Origin: an uncultured bacterium
GTDB lineage: Bacteria; Pseudomonadota; Gammaproteobacteria; Burkholderiales; SG8-39
NCBI GenBank assembly: GCA_965233195.1
Contig: CBDDSB010000026.1
Location: 210,901-274,900 of the forward strand
DNA length: 64,000 nt
Direction: 5' to 3'
Below are positions 34,506-44,835 of the stretch, piece after piece. The translations under genes and the position numbers were made by a program. Each line of letters starts with the position of its first letter. Position 1 is the stretch's first letter. The notes below the pieces were generated by a model, which did no database searches, was not told the origin of the DNA, and worked only from the letters and a program-made list of their open reading frames with translations.

Positions 34506-36215
34506 ATGGCAGGCACGGAAGTCAAGGTCCCGGACATCGGGGACTTCAAGGAAATCGAAGTCATCGAGGTCCTCGTCAAGCCGGGCGACACGGTTGCCAA
34601 GGAGCAATCGCTTATCACGCTCGAGTCGGACAAGGCGACGATGGAGATTCCCTCGCCGGCGGCGGGCAAAGTGAGCCAGCTGAAGCTCAAGGTCGGCGAC
34701 AAGGTCTCGAAAGATTCGCTGATCCTCCTGCTGGAGGGCGAGGCGCCGGCGCGGGCGGAAGCGCCGGTGCAGGCGCCCAAGAGCCCGGAGGCCTCGAAAC
34801 CCTCCTCTGCAGCCCCTTCGATCGGCGCGGACATCGAATGCGACGTCGTTGTGCTCGGCGCCGGGCCCGGCGGCTACTCCGCGGCATTCCGCGCCGCCGA
34901 CCTCGGCATGAAGACGGTGCTGGTGGAGCGCTATCCGACTCTGGGCGGCGTGTGCCTGAACGTCGGCTGCATTCCGTCGAAAGCGCTTTTGCATACCGCT
35001 GCGGTCATGGACGGGGCGCGTGCGCTGGCCTCGCACGGGATTTCCTTCGGCGAGCCGAAGGTCGACCTGGCGAAGCTGCGTGCCTTCAAGGACAAGATCG
35101 TGGGCAAGCTGACCGGCGGCCTCGCCGGCATGGCGATGATGCGCAAGGTGACCGTGGTACAGGGCGTCGGCACCTTCCTCGACAAGAACCGCATGGAGGT
35201 CGGCGGCAAAACGATCCGATTTACCTCCGCGATCATCGCCGCGGGTTCGCAGGCCGCGAAACTGCCGTTCCTGCCGGAGGACCCGCGCATCGTCGATTCC
35301 ACCGGCGCCCTCGAGCTGAAGAGCATTCCCAAGAAGATGCTGGTGATCGGCGGCGGCATCATCGGCCTGGAGATGGGCACCGTGTACTCCACGCTCGGCA
35401 CCAGGCTCGACGTGGTGGAGATGATGGACGGCCTGATGCTCGGCGCCGACCGCGACCTGGTCTCGGTGTGGCAGAAGGTCAATGCGCCGCGCTTCGACAA
35501 GGTGATGCTCAAGACCAAGACCACGAAGGTGGAAGCCGCCAAAGACGGTCTCAAGGTTTCCTTCGAGGGCGCCGAAGCAAAGACCTACGACATGATCCTG
35601 GTCTCGGTCGGCCGGGTGCCGAACGGCAGGAAGATCGGCGCGGACAAGGCAGGCGTGGCCGTTGATGAACGCGGGTTCATAAAAACCGATTCCCAAATGC
35701 GTACCAATGTCGCCAATATATTTGCCATCGGCGACGTCGCCGGCAACCCGATGCTCGCACACAAGGCGGTGCACGAAGGGCATGTCGCCGCGGAGGCGGC
35801 CAACGGGATGAAGTCGCATTTCGACGCGCGCGTGATCCCTTCGGTGGCGTATACCGATCCGGAGATCGCGTGGGTCGGCCTTACCGAGGACGAGGCGAAG
35901 AAGAACGGCACTGCGGTCGCCGTGGCGAAGTTTCCGTGGGCGGCGTCCGGCCGCGCGATCGCCAACGGACGCGACGAGGGCTTCACCAAGCTCATTTTCG
36001 ACGCCGAAACCCACCGCGTGCTGGGCGGCGCGATCGTCGGTACCGGCGCCGGCGACCTGATCTCAGAGCTGGCGTTAGCGGTCGAAATGGGTGCCGACGC
36101 CACCGACATCGGCAAGACCATCCATCCCCACCCGACCACCAGCGAATCGGTCGGCATGGCAGCGGAGCTGTTCGAAGGGGTTTGCACCGACCTGCCGCCC
36201 CAGAAAAAGAAATGA
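34506..36215 (+). CDS. lpdA: Dihydrolipoyl dehydrogenase E3 with an N-terminal lipoyl domain
   Basis: N-terminal lipoyl domain ([12 protein letters not shown]), FAD motif GAGPGGY, redox-active [10 protein letters not shown] and C-terminal HPHPT. Confidence 0.9.
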   Translation: MAGTEVKVPDIGDFKEIEVIEVLVKPGDTVAKEQSLITLESDKATMEIPSPAAGKVSQLKLKVGDKVSKDSLILLLEGEAPARAEAPVQAPKSPEASKPSSAAPSIGADIECDVVVLGAGPGGYSAAFRAADLGMKTVLVERYPTLGGVCLNVGCIPSKALLHTAAVMDGARALASHGISFGEPKVDLAKLRAFKDKIVGKLTGGLAGMAMMRKVTVVQGVGTFLDKNRMEVGGKTIRFTSAIIAAGSQAAKLPFLPEDPRIVDSTGALELKSIPKKMLVIGGGIIGLEMGTVYSTLGTRLDVVEMMDGLMLGADRDLVSVWQKVNAPRFDKVMLKTKTTKVEAAKDGLKVSFEGAEAKTYDMILVSVGRVPNGRKIGADKAGVAVDERGFIKTDSQMRTNVANIFAIGDVAGNPMLAHKAVHEGHVAAEAANGMKSHFDARVIPSVAYTDPEIAWVGLTEDEAKKNGTAVAVAKFPWAASGRAIANGRDEGFTKLIFDAETHRVLGGAIVGTGAGDLISELALAVEMGADATDIGKTIHPHPTTSESVGMAAELFEGVCTDLPPQKKK

Positions 36216-36877
36216 CCCAGGACGAGCTGAAGGAACTGGTGGCGCGCGAGGCGCTGAAACATGTGCAGGACGCGATCGTCGGCGTGGGCTCCGGCTCGAC
36301 GGTGTTCAAGTTCATCGATGCATTGGCGTCGATCAAGCACAAGATCGACGGCGCGGTCGCCGCTTCCGAAGCCAGCGCGGAGCGGCTGAAGAAGCATGGC
36401 ATCCGCGTGTTCGACCTCAACAGCGTCAACGATCTGCCGGTCTACATCGACGGTGCGGACGAGATCACCGAGCACCTGCATATGATCAAAGGCGGCGGCG
36501 GTGCGCTTACGCGCGAGAAGATCACCGCCGCGGTGGCGCGCAAGTTCGTCTGCATCTGCGACGCCTCGAAGCTGGTGCCGGTACTGGGCAGGTTTCCGCT
36601 GCCGGTCGAGGTGATCCCGATGGCGCGCAGCTATGTCGGGCGCCACCTCGTCAAGATGGGTGGGCAGCCGCAGCTGCGCGAGAACTTCACCACCGACAAC
36701 GGCAACCTGATCCTTGATTGCCACAACCTCGAGTTGCTTAACCCGGTTCAGTTGGAAAGCGATTTGAACCAGGTCGCCGGCGTGGTGACCAACGGCATCT
36801 TCGCGCGCCGGCCGGCAGATGTCCTCCTCCTTGCAGAAGCTTCCGGAGTGAGGACTCTCAAACAGAAACTGGCCTAG
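36212..36877 (+). CDS. rpiA: Ribose-5-phosphate isomerase A
   Basis: The ATG at 36212 overlaps the lpd stop. Has [26 protein letters not shown] and GVVTNGIF. Confidence 0.85.
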   Translation: MTQDELKELVAREALKHVQDAIVGVGSGSTVFKFIDALASIKHKIDGAVAASEASAERLKKHGIRVFDLNSVNDLPVYIDGADEITEHLHMIKGGGGALTREKITAAVARKFVCICDASKLVPVLGRFPLPVEVIPMARSYVGRHLVKMGGQPQLRENFTTDNGNLILDCHNLELLNPVQLESDLNQVAGVVTNGIFARRPADVLLLAEASGVRTLKQKLA

Positions 36878-38047
36878 TTGGGCCGCGCGGTTTTCCTGCT
36901 GTCGCTGGCCGCCTTTGCCAGCGCCGCGAGCCTGCGCGCCACCGATCCGCTGCTGCCGCAGATCGCCGATCACTACGGCGTGACTACTGGCGCTGCTTCC
37001 GCCGCAATCACCGCCTTCGCGCTTTCCTATGGGTTGCTGCAGGTGGTCTGCGGCCCGCTCGGCGACCGCTTCGGCCGCTATCGCACCATTGCCGCGGCCG
37101 CGCTGGTCTCGGCTTTCGGCTCGGCCGCGTGCGCGCTGGCGCCGACGCTCGAGTCGCTGGTCGCGGCGAGGTTCGTGTCCGGCGCGACCATCGGCGCGTT
37201 CATCCCGCTCGCCCTCGCCTGGATCGGCGACACCGTGGTCTACGAGCAGCGCCAGCCGCTGCTGGCGCGCTTCCTGGTCGGCCAGATGGCCGGCGTCGCC
37301 TTCGGCAACGCGGCGGCCGGCTGGCTGGGTGAGCACTTTGGCTGGCGCGCGATTTTCATGGCGCTCAGCGCGTTGTTGCTGCTGATTACAATTCTTCTGT
37401 TTACAGAAATCAAAAAAAACCCGCTAACCCGCGCCGGCGTCGGCAAGCCGGGCGCGATGCGCGAGAGCTTCAGGCGCATGCCCGGCATGCTCGGCGAGTC
37501 CCGGCTGCGCAAGCTTTTCGCCACCGCCTACTTCGAGGGACTGCTGATTTTCGGCGCGCTGGCGTTCGTCGCCGCCTACTTCCAGTCGCGCTTTGCGATC
37601 GGCCCGGGGCTGGCGGGAACCCTGGTGGCTGCCTATGCGCTCGGCGGGATCTGCTATGCGCTGCTCGCGCGCCGGGCGGTGCGGCGGCTGGGCGAGCGCG
37701 GTCTGGTCACCGCCGGCGGCGTCGCGCTGTTCATCGGCTACTGCGGGTTGGCGGGCGCCGGCTCGCCGGCGACGGGCACGCTGGCCATCGCGCTGGTCGG
37801 CGCCGGCTTCTACATGCTGCACACCACGGTGCAGATCCATGTCACGCAGGTCCGGCCCGAGGAGCGCGGCTCCGCGGTGGCGCTGTTCGCGACTTTCCTG
37901 TTCCTGGGGCAGGCGAGCGGCGTCTGGCTTGCCGCGCGCATAGTGGATGCCGCGGGCGCGCCTCCGGTCTTCCTGTGCGCCGCGCTAGGCCTCGCGGCGC
38001 TGGCCGCGGCGTTCCGCTACTTCTTGTCGGGCGGCGGCGGGACGTAG
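36878..38047 (+). CDS. MFS transporter
   Basis: 389 aa with ~12 hydrophobic segments and the MFS loop motif GPLGDRFGR. The only available start is TTG 36878, immediately after the rpiA stop. Confidence 0.65.
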   Translation: MGRAVFLLSLAAFASAASLRATDPLLPQIADHYGVTTGAASAAITAFALSYGLLQVVCGPLGDRFGRYRTIAAAALVSAFGSAACALAPTLESLVAARFVSGATIGAFIPLALAWIGDTVVYEQRQPLLARFLVGQMAGVAFGNAAAGWLGEHFGWRAIFMALSALLLLITILLFTEIKKNPLTRAGVGKPGAMRESFRRMPGMLGESRLRKLFATAYFEGLLIFGALAFVAAYFQSRFAIGPGLAGTLVAAYALGGICYALLARRAVRRLGERGLVTAGGVALFIGYCGLAGAGSPATGTLAIALVGAGFYMLHTTVQIHVTQVRPEERGSAVALFATFLFLGQASGVWLAARIVDAAGAPPVFLCAALGLAALAAAFRYFLSGGGGT

Positions 38048-38298
38048 CCCGACGCGGTGTCGGCGCCGCCGCCGAAGAAGTGGCGCTCGGTCTGCTCCAT
38101 GAGGTACTTGCGCGCGCGCTGGTCGGCGAGGTTGAGGCGGTTCTCGTTCACCAGCATGGTCTGCTGCTTGAGCCACTGCGCCCAGGCTTCCTTGGAAACG
38201 TTCTCCCAGATGCGCTTGCCGAGGTCGCCCGGGTACGGTGGAAAATCGAGGCCATCGGCTTCGCGGCCGAGCTTGATGCACTTCACGGTTCTCGCCAT
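38017..38298 (-). CDS. yggX: Fe(2+)-trafficking / oxidative damage protection protein
   Basis: 93 aa. [56 protein letters not shown] matches the YggX family almost end to end. Confidence 0.85.
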   Translation of the reverse strand: MARTVKCIKLGREADGLDFPPYPGDLGKRIWENVSKEAWAQWLKQQTMLVNENRLNLADQRARKYLMEQTERHFFGGGADTASGYVPPPPDKK

Positions 38299-38304
38299 GC
38301 GAAA

Positions 38305-39618
38305 TTATAGGCGTTTGAGAAATACCTTCGAGCCGCGGCGCCAGTTGTAGAGCGCTTGGCGGCGCTCCGGCAGCGCGGCGACATCGGCGGCGCGGAAGCC
38401 CTGCTCGATAAACCAGTGCGCCGCGTGCGTGGTGAGCGCGAACAGGCGCCGCAGCTTCAGGCTCTTTGCGCGTTGCTCGCAAGCTTTGAGCAGCCTTTCG
38501 CCGTGGCCGGCCTCGCGTACGCCCGGCGCCACCGCCAAGCAGGCGAATTCAGCGCTCTTGTCGTCGGGGAACGGATACAGCGCCGCGCAGCCGACGATGC
38601 GCGCGTCGTGCTCGATCACCATGAAGTTACCGATCTCGGCCTCGAGCAGCTCGCGGCTGCGCTTCACCAGCGTGCCGTCGGCCTCCAGCGGCTCGATCAG
38701 CTCCAGCATGCCGCGCACGTCCTCGATGCGCGCCGGGCGCAGCTTTTCCACCGAGTCGTCGGTGATCATGGTGCCGACGCCGGCGTGGGTGAAGAGCTCG
38801 AGCAGCATCGAGCCGGGGGAGCGGCGCGTCACCAGGTGGCCGCGCGCCACGCCGTTGTCCACCGCGCGCGCCAGGTGCTCCATGGCGCGCATCGTGCCGG
38901 GGGTGAGGTCGCCCTTCTTTCCGCAAAGCGCCATGGCCTCGTCGGCGGTGAGCTCCGACACCACTTCCCCTTTGCGATTGGTGGGCAGCTTGTCGGTGTA
39001 CATGAGCAGCTTGTCGGCGTGCAGGGCAACGGCCACGTTCTCCGCCACGTCCTCCCACGCCAGGTTGAACACTTCGCCGGTCGGCGAGTAGCCGACGAAC
39101 GGCACGAGCACGATGTCGGCCACGTCCAGATGCGCGGACAGCGCGGCGGCGTCCACCTTGCGCACCGCGCCGGTGAACTGGAAATCCACGCCTTTGCGCA
39201 CCCCGATCGGCCGCGCGGTGATGTAGTTGCCGGAGACGGCGCGGATCTGCGCGCGCGCCATCGGCGAGTTCGGCAGCCCTTGGGAAAGCAGCGCCTCGAT
39301 TTCCACGCGCAGCATGCCGCCGACGTGCTTGACCACGGTCAGCGCCTGCTCGTCGGTGACCCGCAGGCCCTGCGCGTACTGGGACTTCAGGCCCTTGGCC
39401 TTGAGCTCGGCCTCGATCTGCGGCCGCGCGCCGTAGACCAGCACCAGCCGGATCTCGAGCGCCGCGAGCAGGTTGAGGTCGTGGATGAAGCTCGCGAACC
39501 GGGCTCGCTCGGCCACCATCTCGCCGCCGAAAGCGATGACGAACGTGCGCCCGCCGAAGTCGTGCACGTAAGGCGCGACCTGGCGGAACCAGCGGACGAA
39601 GCTATCGGCGTTCTGCAT
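38305..39618 (-). CDS. argA: Amino-acid N-acetyltransferase (N-acetylglutamate synthase)
   Basis: 437 aa. N-terminal amino-acid kinase fold (FVIAFGGE, LVLVYGARPQI) plus a C-terminal GNAT domain. Confidence 0.9.
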   Translation of the reverse strand: MQNADSFVRWFRQVAPYVHDFGGRTFVIAFGGEMVAERARFASFIHDLNLLAALEIRLVLVYGARPQIEAELKAKGLKSQYAQGLRVTDEQALTVVKHVGGMLRVEIEALLSQGLPNSPMARAQIRAVSGNYITARPIGVRKGVDFQFTGAVRKVDAAALSAHLDVADIVLVPFVGYSPTGEVFNLAWEDVAENVAVALHADKLLMYTDKLPTNRKGEVVSELTADEAMALCGKKGDLTPGTMRAMEHLARAVDNGVARGHLVTRRSPGSMLLELFTHAGVGTMITDDSVEKLRPARIEDVRGMLELIEPLEADGTLVKRSRELLEAEIGNFMVIEHDARIVGCAALYPFPDDKSAEFACLAVAPGVREAGHGERLLKACEQRAKSLKLRRLFALTTHAAHWFIEQGFRAADVAALPERRQALYNWRRGSKVFLKRL

Positions 39619-39695
39619 GTAATTTTTTCAAATTCTACTGGGTGCAACGGAAACGGGTTTGAAGCGTTATCCTTCCATACCATCGGAGGAAGGTT

Positions 39696-40289
39696 ATGAA
39701 AGCCATTCGCACCCTGCTCATCGCCGCGCTGCTGGTCCCCGTCCTGCCCGCTCAGGCCGCTGACGAGCCGTCGGACTCTTCGCTCGGCCACGTGCTCACC
39801 CTGGTGCACACGTTTGTCCGCATGGCCGCCGAGTCGGACTCGTCGGCAGTCAGCTTGCGGGCGATCGACGACGTCCTCGCCGGGCGCAACGCCGCCGCGA
39901 ACGAGGCGATCGCCGGCCTGATGAGGGAAGCGCTGGCCGATGTCTCACCCGAGAATCGGGCCACCATCGCCGCCATCGGCCGGGACCTGGTCGGCGTGGC
40001 CCGCAAGAACCTGCTGGGGCTGAAGCCGGGCGAGAGTTTGTATCCCGACCGCTCGCTCCAGGCGCGCAAGGAGCTCAATGCACTGGGTCTCACGTACCAC
40101 GACTCCAGGCAGTTCCTGGACGCCGTGAAGCGCAACGACACGCTCGCCGCGGAGCTTTTCATCGCCGGCCGGGGCGTCGACCTTGCGGCGACGGACTTCT
40201 GGGGCCGCGACGCGGTGGATTTCGCGCGCCGCAATCACAACGAGCCGCTCGCTCAGCTCATCCTCAGGAGTCGCCCCGCAACGCGTTGA
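39696..40289 (+). CDS. Periplasmic protein with C-terminal ankyrin-like repeats, function unknown
   Basis: Signal peptide MKAIRTLLIAALLVPVLPAQA. The C-terminal FLDAVKRNDTLAAELFIAGRGVDLAATDFWGRDAVDFARRNHNEPLAQLIL resembles ankyrin repeats. Confidence 0.5.
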   Translation: MKAIRTLLIAALLVPVLPAQAADEPSDSSLGHVLTLVHTFVRMAAESDSSAVSLRAIDDVLAGRNAAANEAIAGLMREALADVSPENRATIAAIGRDLVGVARKNLLGLKPGESLYPDRSLQARKELNALGLTYHDSRQFLDAVKRNDTLAAELFIAGRGVDLAATDFWGRDAVDFARRNHNEPLAQLILRSRPATR

Positions 40290-40986
40290 GTGCCGCCAGC
40301 GCGGCAACCGCCGCGGTCTCGGTGCGCAGGATCCGGGGTCCGAGGGAAGCGGGCACGAAGCCCGCCTCGACTAGCCGGGCCTCCTCCTCTTCGGTAAAGC
40401 CTGCTTCCGGACCGGCGGCCAGGACGACGTGGCTTTGGGCTGCGGGAAGCTTGGACAGCGCCAGCTCAGACGCCGGGGAGAGCAGGATTTTCGTTGCACT
40501 GGCCTCCGGCCGGTAATCGCCAAGCGAAACCAGCGCCTGCACCTCCGGCACGCGATTGCGGCCGCATTGCTCGCAGGCGGAAATCACGATTTTCTGCCAA
40601 TGCGAGCGCCGGTTTTCGGCACGGTCGCCCTTCGGCCGCGCGACGGAGCGCGCGGCAAGCACCGGCTGTACTTCCGCCACGCCCAGCTCGACCGCCTTGC
40701 GCACCGTGCTGTCCATGCGCTCGCCGGCGGATACGCCTTGCACTAGCGTGACGCGCAGCGGCGACTCGCGCTCTAGGGCGCGGTGCTGCAACAGGTCGAT
40801 CGAGATCCGCAGGCGCTGCATCGAGCCGATGCGCGCGGCGTACTCGCCGCCGCGGCCGTTGAACAGCGTCACCTCGTCGCGCTCGCGGAGCCGCAGCACG
40901 TGCACCGCGTGGTGCGCCGCGTCCTCCGATAGCGTGCAGACGCCGCCGGCGCGCAGCGGCGCGTCCAAGTAGAAGCGGGGCGCCAT
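40264..40986 (-). CDS. rsmE: 16S rRNA (uracil1498-N3)-methyltransferase
   Basis: 240 aa. PRFYLDAPL...HHAVHVLRLR at the N-terminus and GPEAGFTEEE...LGPRILRTETA at the C-terminus are typical of RsmE. Confidence 0.85.
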   Translation of the reverse strand: MAPRFYLDAPLRAGGVCTLSEDAAHHAVHVLRLRERDEVTLFNGRGGEYAARIGSMQRLRISIDLLQHRALERESPLRVTLVQGVSAGERMDSTVRKAVELGVAEVQPVLAARSVARPKGDRAENRRSHWQKIVISACEQCGRNRVPEVQALVSLGDYRPEASATKILLSPASELALSKLPAAQSHVVLAAGPEAGFTEEEEARLVEAGFVPASLGPRILRTETAAVAALAALNALRGDS

Positions 40987-41013
40987 GCCGGGATTCTGGC
41001 ATGGCCCCCGAGT

Positions 41014-41142
41014 TCAGAAATAAAACGCCGCTGCGGTGCCCAGCGCTGCCACCGCTACGGCCGCGCCGAGCAATGCCATGCGCACGCTGACGCGCTTTTG
41101 CGGACGGTCGTAGACGCCGACGGTCTTGCGCACACCGGCCAT
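41014..41142 (-). CDS. 42-aa small membrane protein, translationally coupled to the upstream stress gene (not in the ORF track)
   Basis: The reverse strand reads MAGVRKTVGVYDRPQKRVSVRMALLGAAVAVAALGTAAAFYF-stop. The ATG overlaps the stop of the 41142..42164 gene (TGATG). It has one C-terminal TM helix. Confidence 0.35.
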   Translation of the reverse strand: MAGVRKTVGVYDRPQKRVSVRMALLGAAVAVAALGTAAAFYF

Positions 41143-42164
41143 CAAGCCGCCTTACGCCGGTCCTGACCGGTATACGCGGTGGTGTTGTGGCGCCGCTCCG
41201 GGCCGTGATACGCGGCCTGGTTGGAGGCGCCGACGCGTTCCACCTCTACGTCTGTCTTGCGCACGGTGTCCTGGACGGTGCGCGCTGTCTTGCTGCGCTT
41301 CTTGCCGACCTTAACCTCTTCCACTACGCGCGCCCGCTTTTCGACCACCGGCTCCTCGGCACGCTCGCGCATTTCGAACGATTGCTCGCGGAACGCGTCG
41401 CCGCCGGCCGGACGGTTCGCGGGGCGGCGCTCGACGTCGACGTGCTCTTCTTCGAGCTGCACCGTCTCGCGCACCGGCTGCTCGATGACGCGGCTGTAGA
41501 CGCGCACTCCGCCGCGCTCGACGTTGCGCTTGCCCACCACCAGCTCTTCCTCGGTGACCGGCACGGTGCGCTCGGCCTCGGTGGATTGCGCGGCCGTGGT
41601 GTCGGCCTTGGTGTCAGCCTCAAACCGGCCCTTCCATCCCTGCTTTTTCCACTGGTTCGCTCGCTCGTCGATATCCAGAGCGCCGTGGCGCCGGAAAATC
41701 TCGGCCGCTGTTTCCGCCTCGTCCTCGTCATCCGCAGCCACGGTGACGAGAATTCCGCCGCGGCGCACGCCCTCGGCGTAGTAATGCGCATCCTCGTCGG
41801 GCACGCCGAGGCGCGTCAGTCCGCCGATCAAGCCGCCGGTCACCGCGCCCAGGCCGGCGCCGGTGAGCGCTGCGGCGATGGGGCCGGCGGCGATGATCGG
41901 GCCGATGCCGGGGATCGCGAGCGGCGCGAATGCAAGCGCAAGACCCGCCACGCCGCCGATCGCGGCGCCGGTGCCGGCGCCGGCGAGCGCACCCGAGGCG
42001 ACGTCACCGCCTTCACGCTCGAGGTTTGCGCGGCCCGGCGTCGTCTGCTTCTCATTCGCCATGAAGCCGATGTCGTCGCGCTCGATACCGCTCGCGACGA
42101 GGTCCTTCACCACGTTCTGCGCTTCTCCCACGTTGTCAAAAAGCCCGATCACTGTCTTCGACAT
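41142..42164 (-). CDS. YsnF/AvaK (DUF2382) domain stress-response protein with a Gly/Ala-rich membrane-like segment
   Basis: 340 aa. N-terminal VIGLFDNVGEAQNVVKDLVASG (general-stress-protein-like), a Gly-zipper-like GAGTGAAIGGVAGLALAF...GLIGG segment, and C-terminal repeated charged units EEELVVGKRNVERGGVRVYSRV...EEHVDVERR typical of DUF2382. Confidence 0.65.
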   Translation of the reverse strand: MSKTVIGLFDNVGEAQNVVKDLVASGIERDDIGFMANEKQTTPGRANLEREGGDVASGALAGAGTGAAIGGVAGLALAFAPLAIPGIGPIIAAGPIAAALTGAGLGAVTGGLIGGLTRLGVPDEDAHYYAEGVRRGGILVTVAADDEDEAETAAEIFRRHGALDIDERANQWKKQGWKGRFEADTKADTTAAQSTEAERTVPVTEEELVVGKRNVERGGVRVYSRVIEQPVRETVQLEEEHVDVERRPANRPAGGDAFREQSFEMRERAEEPVVEKRARVVEEVKVGKKRSKTARTVQDTVRKTDVEVERVGASNQAAYHGPERRHNTTAYTGQDRRKAA

Positions 42165-42188
42165 CTGTGCATCTCCTTGCGGTTGAAA

Positions 42189-42587
42189 CTACGTTGAATC
42201 GCGTGCGCTCGGCGGCCGGCGCTCAACCACCGCCTGCTCTTCGCGCAACACGACCTCTTCGCGGTGGCGGGATTGGACCTCCCGCCGCCGCAACCGCACT
42301 TCTTCCTTCAGGACCCATTGCCGCTGCACGGTCACGATCTCCTCGTACACCGGGATGATCAGCACGTCGCCTTCCTCGCGCGGCGGCTCGGGAGCATCGA
42401 CCGCGCGGTTGATGACCACGTGCTCGATGTCGACCTCGTCGTGCAGCATCGGCTCGTCGATGGCTTCCACGCGCTCGCGCACCATCTTGCGTACGCTCAC
42501 CACGCCCGTTTCCACGACGTTGCGCGTGACGGAAGCTTCTTCACGCACGACGGGAATGACAACCGATTGCTTGTCGTCGCTGGCCAC
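42189..42587 (-). CDS. DUF2382 (YsnF/AvaK) domain protein
   Basis: VVIPVVREEASVTRNVVETGVVSVRK...EVDIEHVV...IPVYEEIVTVQRQWVLKEEVRLRR. Start chosen at GTG 42587, which is preceded by GGAGGG. ATG 42692 would overlap the upstream dehydratase gene. Confidence 0.55.
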   Translation of the reverse strand: MASDDKQSVVIPVVREEASVTRNVVETGVVSVRKMVRERVEAIDEPMLHDEVDIEHVVINRAVDAPEPPREEGDVLIIPVYEEIVTVQRQWVLKEEVRLRRREVQSRHREEVVLREEQAVVERRPPSARDST

Positions 42588-42667
42588 TGGATCCCTCCGG
42601 ATTGCGGATGGGTTTGAGGAAGCAAGCGCGATGCCGCGATCGCGCTCTGACAGGCAGCGCCCTACAA

Positions 42668-44188
42668 TTACATCGTCGCACCGATGGTCCACGGCGCGAA
42701 CTCGTCGTCGCCGTAGCCGAAACTTTCCGACTTAGACCTTTCGCCCGACGCGGTTTTCAGAATCAGGTCGAAGAAGCGCGCGCCGGACTGCGCCACCGAC
42801 TCGCTGCCGTCGATCACCGTGCCGCAGTTGAAGTCCATGTCCTCTTCCTGGTGCACGAAGAGCGGCGTATTGGTGGCGAGCTTGAGCGAAGGCGCCGGCT
42901 TGCAGCCGTAGGCCGAGCCGCGCCCGGTGGTGAAGCAGATCATGTTGGCGCCGCCGGCGACCTGGCCGGTGGCCGACACCGGGTCGTAGCCCGGCGTATC
43001 CATATAGACGAAGCCTTTCGCGCTGACCGGCGCCGCGTACTCGTAGACATCCACCAGATTCGTGGTGCCGCCCTTGGCGACGGCCCCGAGGGATTTCTCC
43101 AGGATGGTGGTGAGCCCGCCGGCCTTGTTGCCCGGCGACGGGTTGTTGTTCATCTCCATGTTGTTGCGCGCGGTGTACTCCTCCCACCAGCGAATGCGCT
43201 CGATCAGCTTTTCGCCGACCTCCTTCGACACCGCCCTGCGCGTGAGCAGGTGCTCGGCGCCGTAGATTTCCGGCGTCTCCGAGAGGATGGCGGTTCCGCC
43301 GTGTCTGACCAATAGATCCACCGCGGCGCCCAGCGCCGGATTCGCGCTGATGCCGGAATAGCCGTCCGAGCCCCCGCACTGCAGCCCGAGGATCAGGTGC
43401 GAAGCCGGCACGGTTTCGCGCTTCACCTTGTTCGCTTCCGGCAGGATCGCCTCGATGCGCGCGATGCCTTCGCGCACCGCTTTCATCGTGCCGCCCTTTT
43501 CCTGGATGGTGAACGCGTGCATGCGGTCATGGCGCTTGAGCGACTGGGTGGAGAGCAGGTTGTTGATCTGGTTTGCCTCGCAGCCCAGGCCGATCACCTG
43601 CGTGGCGAAAAAGTTCGGGTGGCGCGCATAGCCCGCCATCGTGCGCCGCAGGACGTCCATGCCTTCGCCCTCGGACGCCATGCCGCAGCCGGTCTTGTGC
43701 GTGAGCGCCACGACGCCGTCCACGTTTGGGTACTTGGATAAATTATTTTTAAAGTGATCCGCAACCATGCGCGCCACGGTGGCAGAGCAGTTCACGCTGG
43801 TGAGGATGCCGATGTAATTGCGCGTCGCCACACGGCCATCGGCGCGCACGATGCCCTGGAAGGTCGCGGCCGGTGAAATGAAATCAGTTTCCTTCTTCAG
43901 GGACGAAAAAGCGTAGTCGCGCTGAAAGTCGCCCATCGCCAGGTTGTGCACGTGCACGTGCTCGCCCGCTTTGATCTCGCGCGTGGCGAAGCCGATGACC
44001 TGGTTGTAGCGCCGCACCGGCTGCCCTTGCGACACGTCGCGCACCGCGAGCTTGTGCCCGGCGGGGATCGTCACCACCGCGCGCACGTTCTCCTTCGAGA
44101 CCCGCGTGCCGGTCGAGATCTCCAGGCGGGCGATGACGACGTCGTCGTCGGGGTGCAGGCGGATGGTGAGTTCCACGGCTTGCAGCAT
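42668..44188 (-). CDS. UxaA-family sugar-acid dehydratase (galactarate/altronate dehydratase-like)
   Basis: 506 aa. N-terminal SAF domain (IPAGHKLAVRDV) and blocks parallel to E. coli GarD (YPNVDGVVALTHKTGCG, VIGLGCE). Confidence 0.8.
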   Translation of the reverse strand: MLQAVELTIRLHPDDDVVIARLEISTGTRVSKENVRAVVTIPAGHKLAVRDVSQGQPVRRYNQVIGFATREIKAGEHVHVHNLAMGDFQRDYAFSSLKKETDFISPAATFQGIVRADGRVATRNYIGILTSVNCSATVARMVADHFKNNLSKYPNVDGVVALTHKTGCGMASEGEGMDVLRRTMAGYARHPNFFATQVIGLGCEANQINNLLSTQSLKRHDRMHAFTIQEKGGTMKAVREGIARIEAILPEANKVKRETVPASHLILGLQCGGSDGYSGISANPALGAAVDLLVRHGGTAILSETPEIYGAEHLLTRRAVSKEVGEKLIERIRWWEEYTARNNMEMNNNPSPGNKAGGLTTILEKSLGAVAKGGTTNLVDVYEYAAPVSAKGFVYMDTPGYDPVSATGQVAGGANMICFTTGRGSAYGCKPAPSLKLATNTPLFVHQEEDMDFNCGTVIDGSESVAQSGARFFDLILKTASGERSKSESFGYGDDEFAPWTIGATM

Positions 44189-44201
44189 TGGGCGTTTACT
44201 C

Positions 44202-44831
44202 CTACGACTTCTTCAATGGATGGCCCGGCATCAGCTCGTAAGGATGCACCCAGCCGGGCAATTTGCGGATGCGCTCCAGCCACTCGCCGATGCGCGGGTA
44301 ATCGGACCACGATACGCCGAATTCTTCGGGCCAGTACAGGTAGCCGCACATGGAGAAGTCGGCGATCGTAGGCTCATTCCCCGCGGCAAATGCGCTGTTC
44401 AAGAGGTGCTTGTCCAGGATGCCGAACGACCCCTTGATGCGGCCGCGCAGGAATTCGTGCACCTGGGGTTCGCCCACCTTGGCCAGAGTGACCATGTATC
44501 GAAGGGTCGCGATGTAGCTCGTCAGCTTGTGATTGTCCCAAAGCATCCAGCGCAGCACTTCGAGCTTGTCCTCGCCCTGGAATTTGCCGAAATGGTCGGC
44601 CAAATAATGCAGGATCACGCCGGATTGGCTCAGGCGCTTGGCCCCGTGCTCCAGCACCGGCACCTCGCCCATCTCGTTGACCTTCTCCCGGTACTCGGGC
44701 GTGCGCGTCTCGCCGTTGAAGAAGTCGACGAAGCGCGGCTCCCACTTCGCGCCGCACAGGTTCAGCATCAGCTCGACCTTGTACGCGTTGCCCGACTGCG
44801 CGAAGCAATAAAGGCGAAACCCGGGCGTCAA
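44202..44831 (-). CDS. Glutathione S-transferase
   Basis: 209 aa. N-terminal thioredoxin-like GST fold (SGNAYKV...NEMGEVPVLEH) and a helical C-terminal domain. Confidence 0.75.
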   Translation of the reverse strand: MTPGFRLYCFAQSGNAYKVELMLNLCGAKWEPRFVDFFNGETRTPEYREKVNEMGEVPVLEHGAKRLSQSGVILHYLADHFGKFQGEDKLEVLRWMLWDNHKLTSYIATLRYMVTLAKVGEPQVHEFLRGRIKGSFGILDKHLLNSAFAAGNEPTIADFSMCGYLYWPEEFGVSWSDYPRIGEWLERIRKLPGWVHPYELMPGHPLKKS

Positions 44832-44835
44832 GCGC

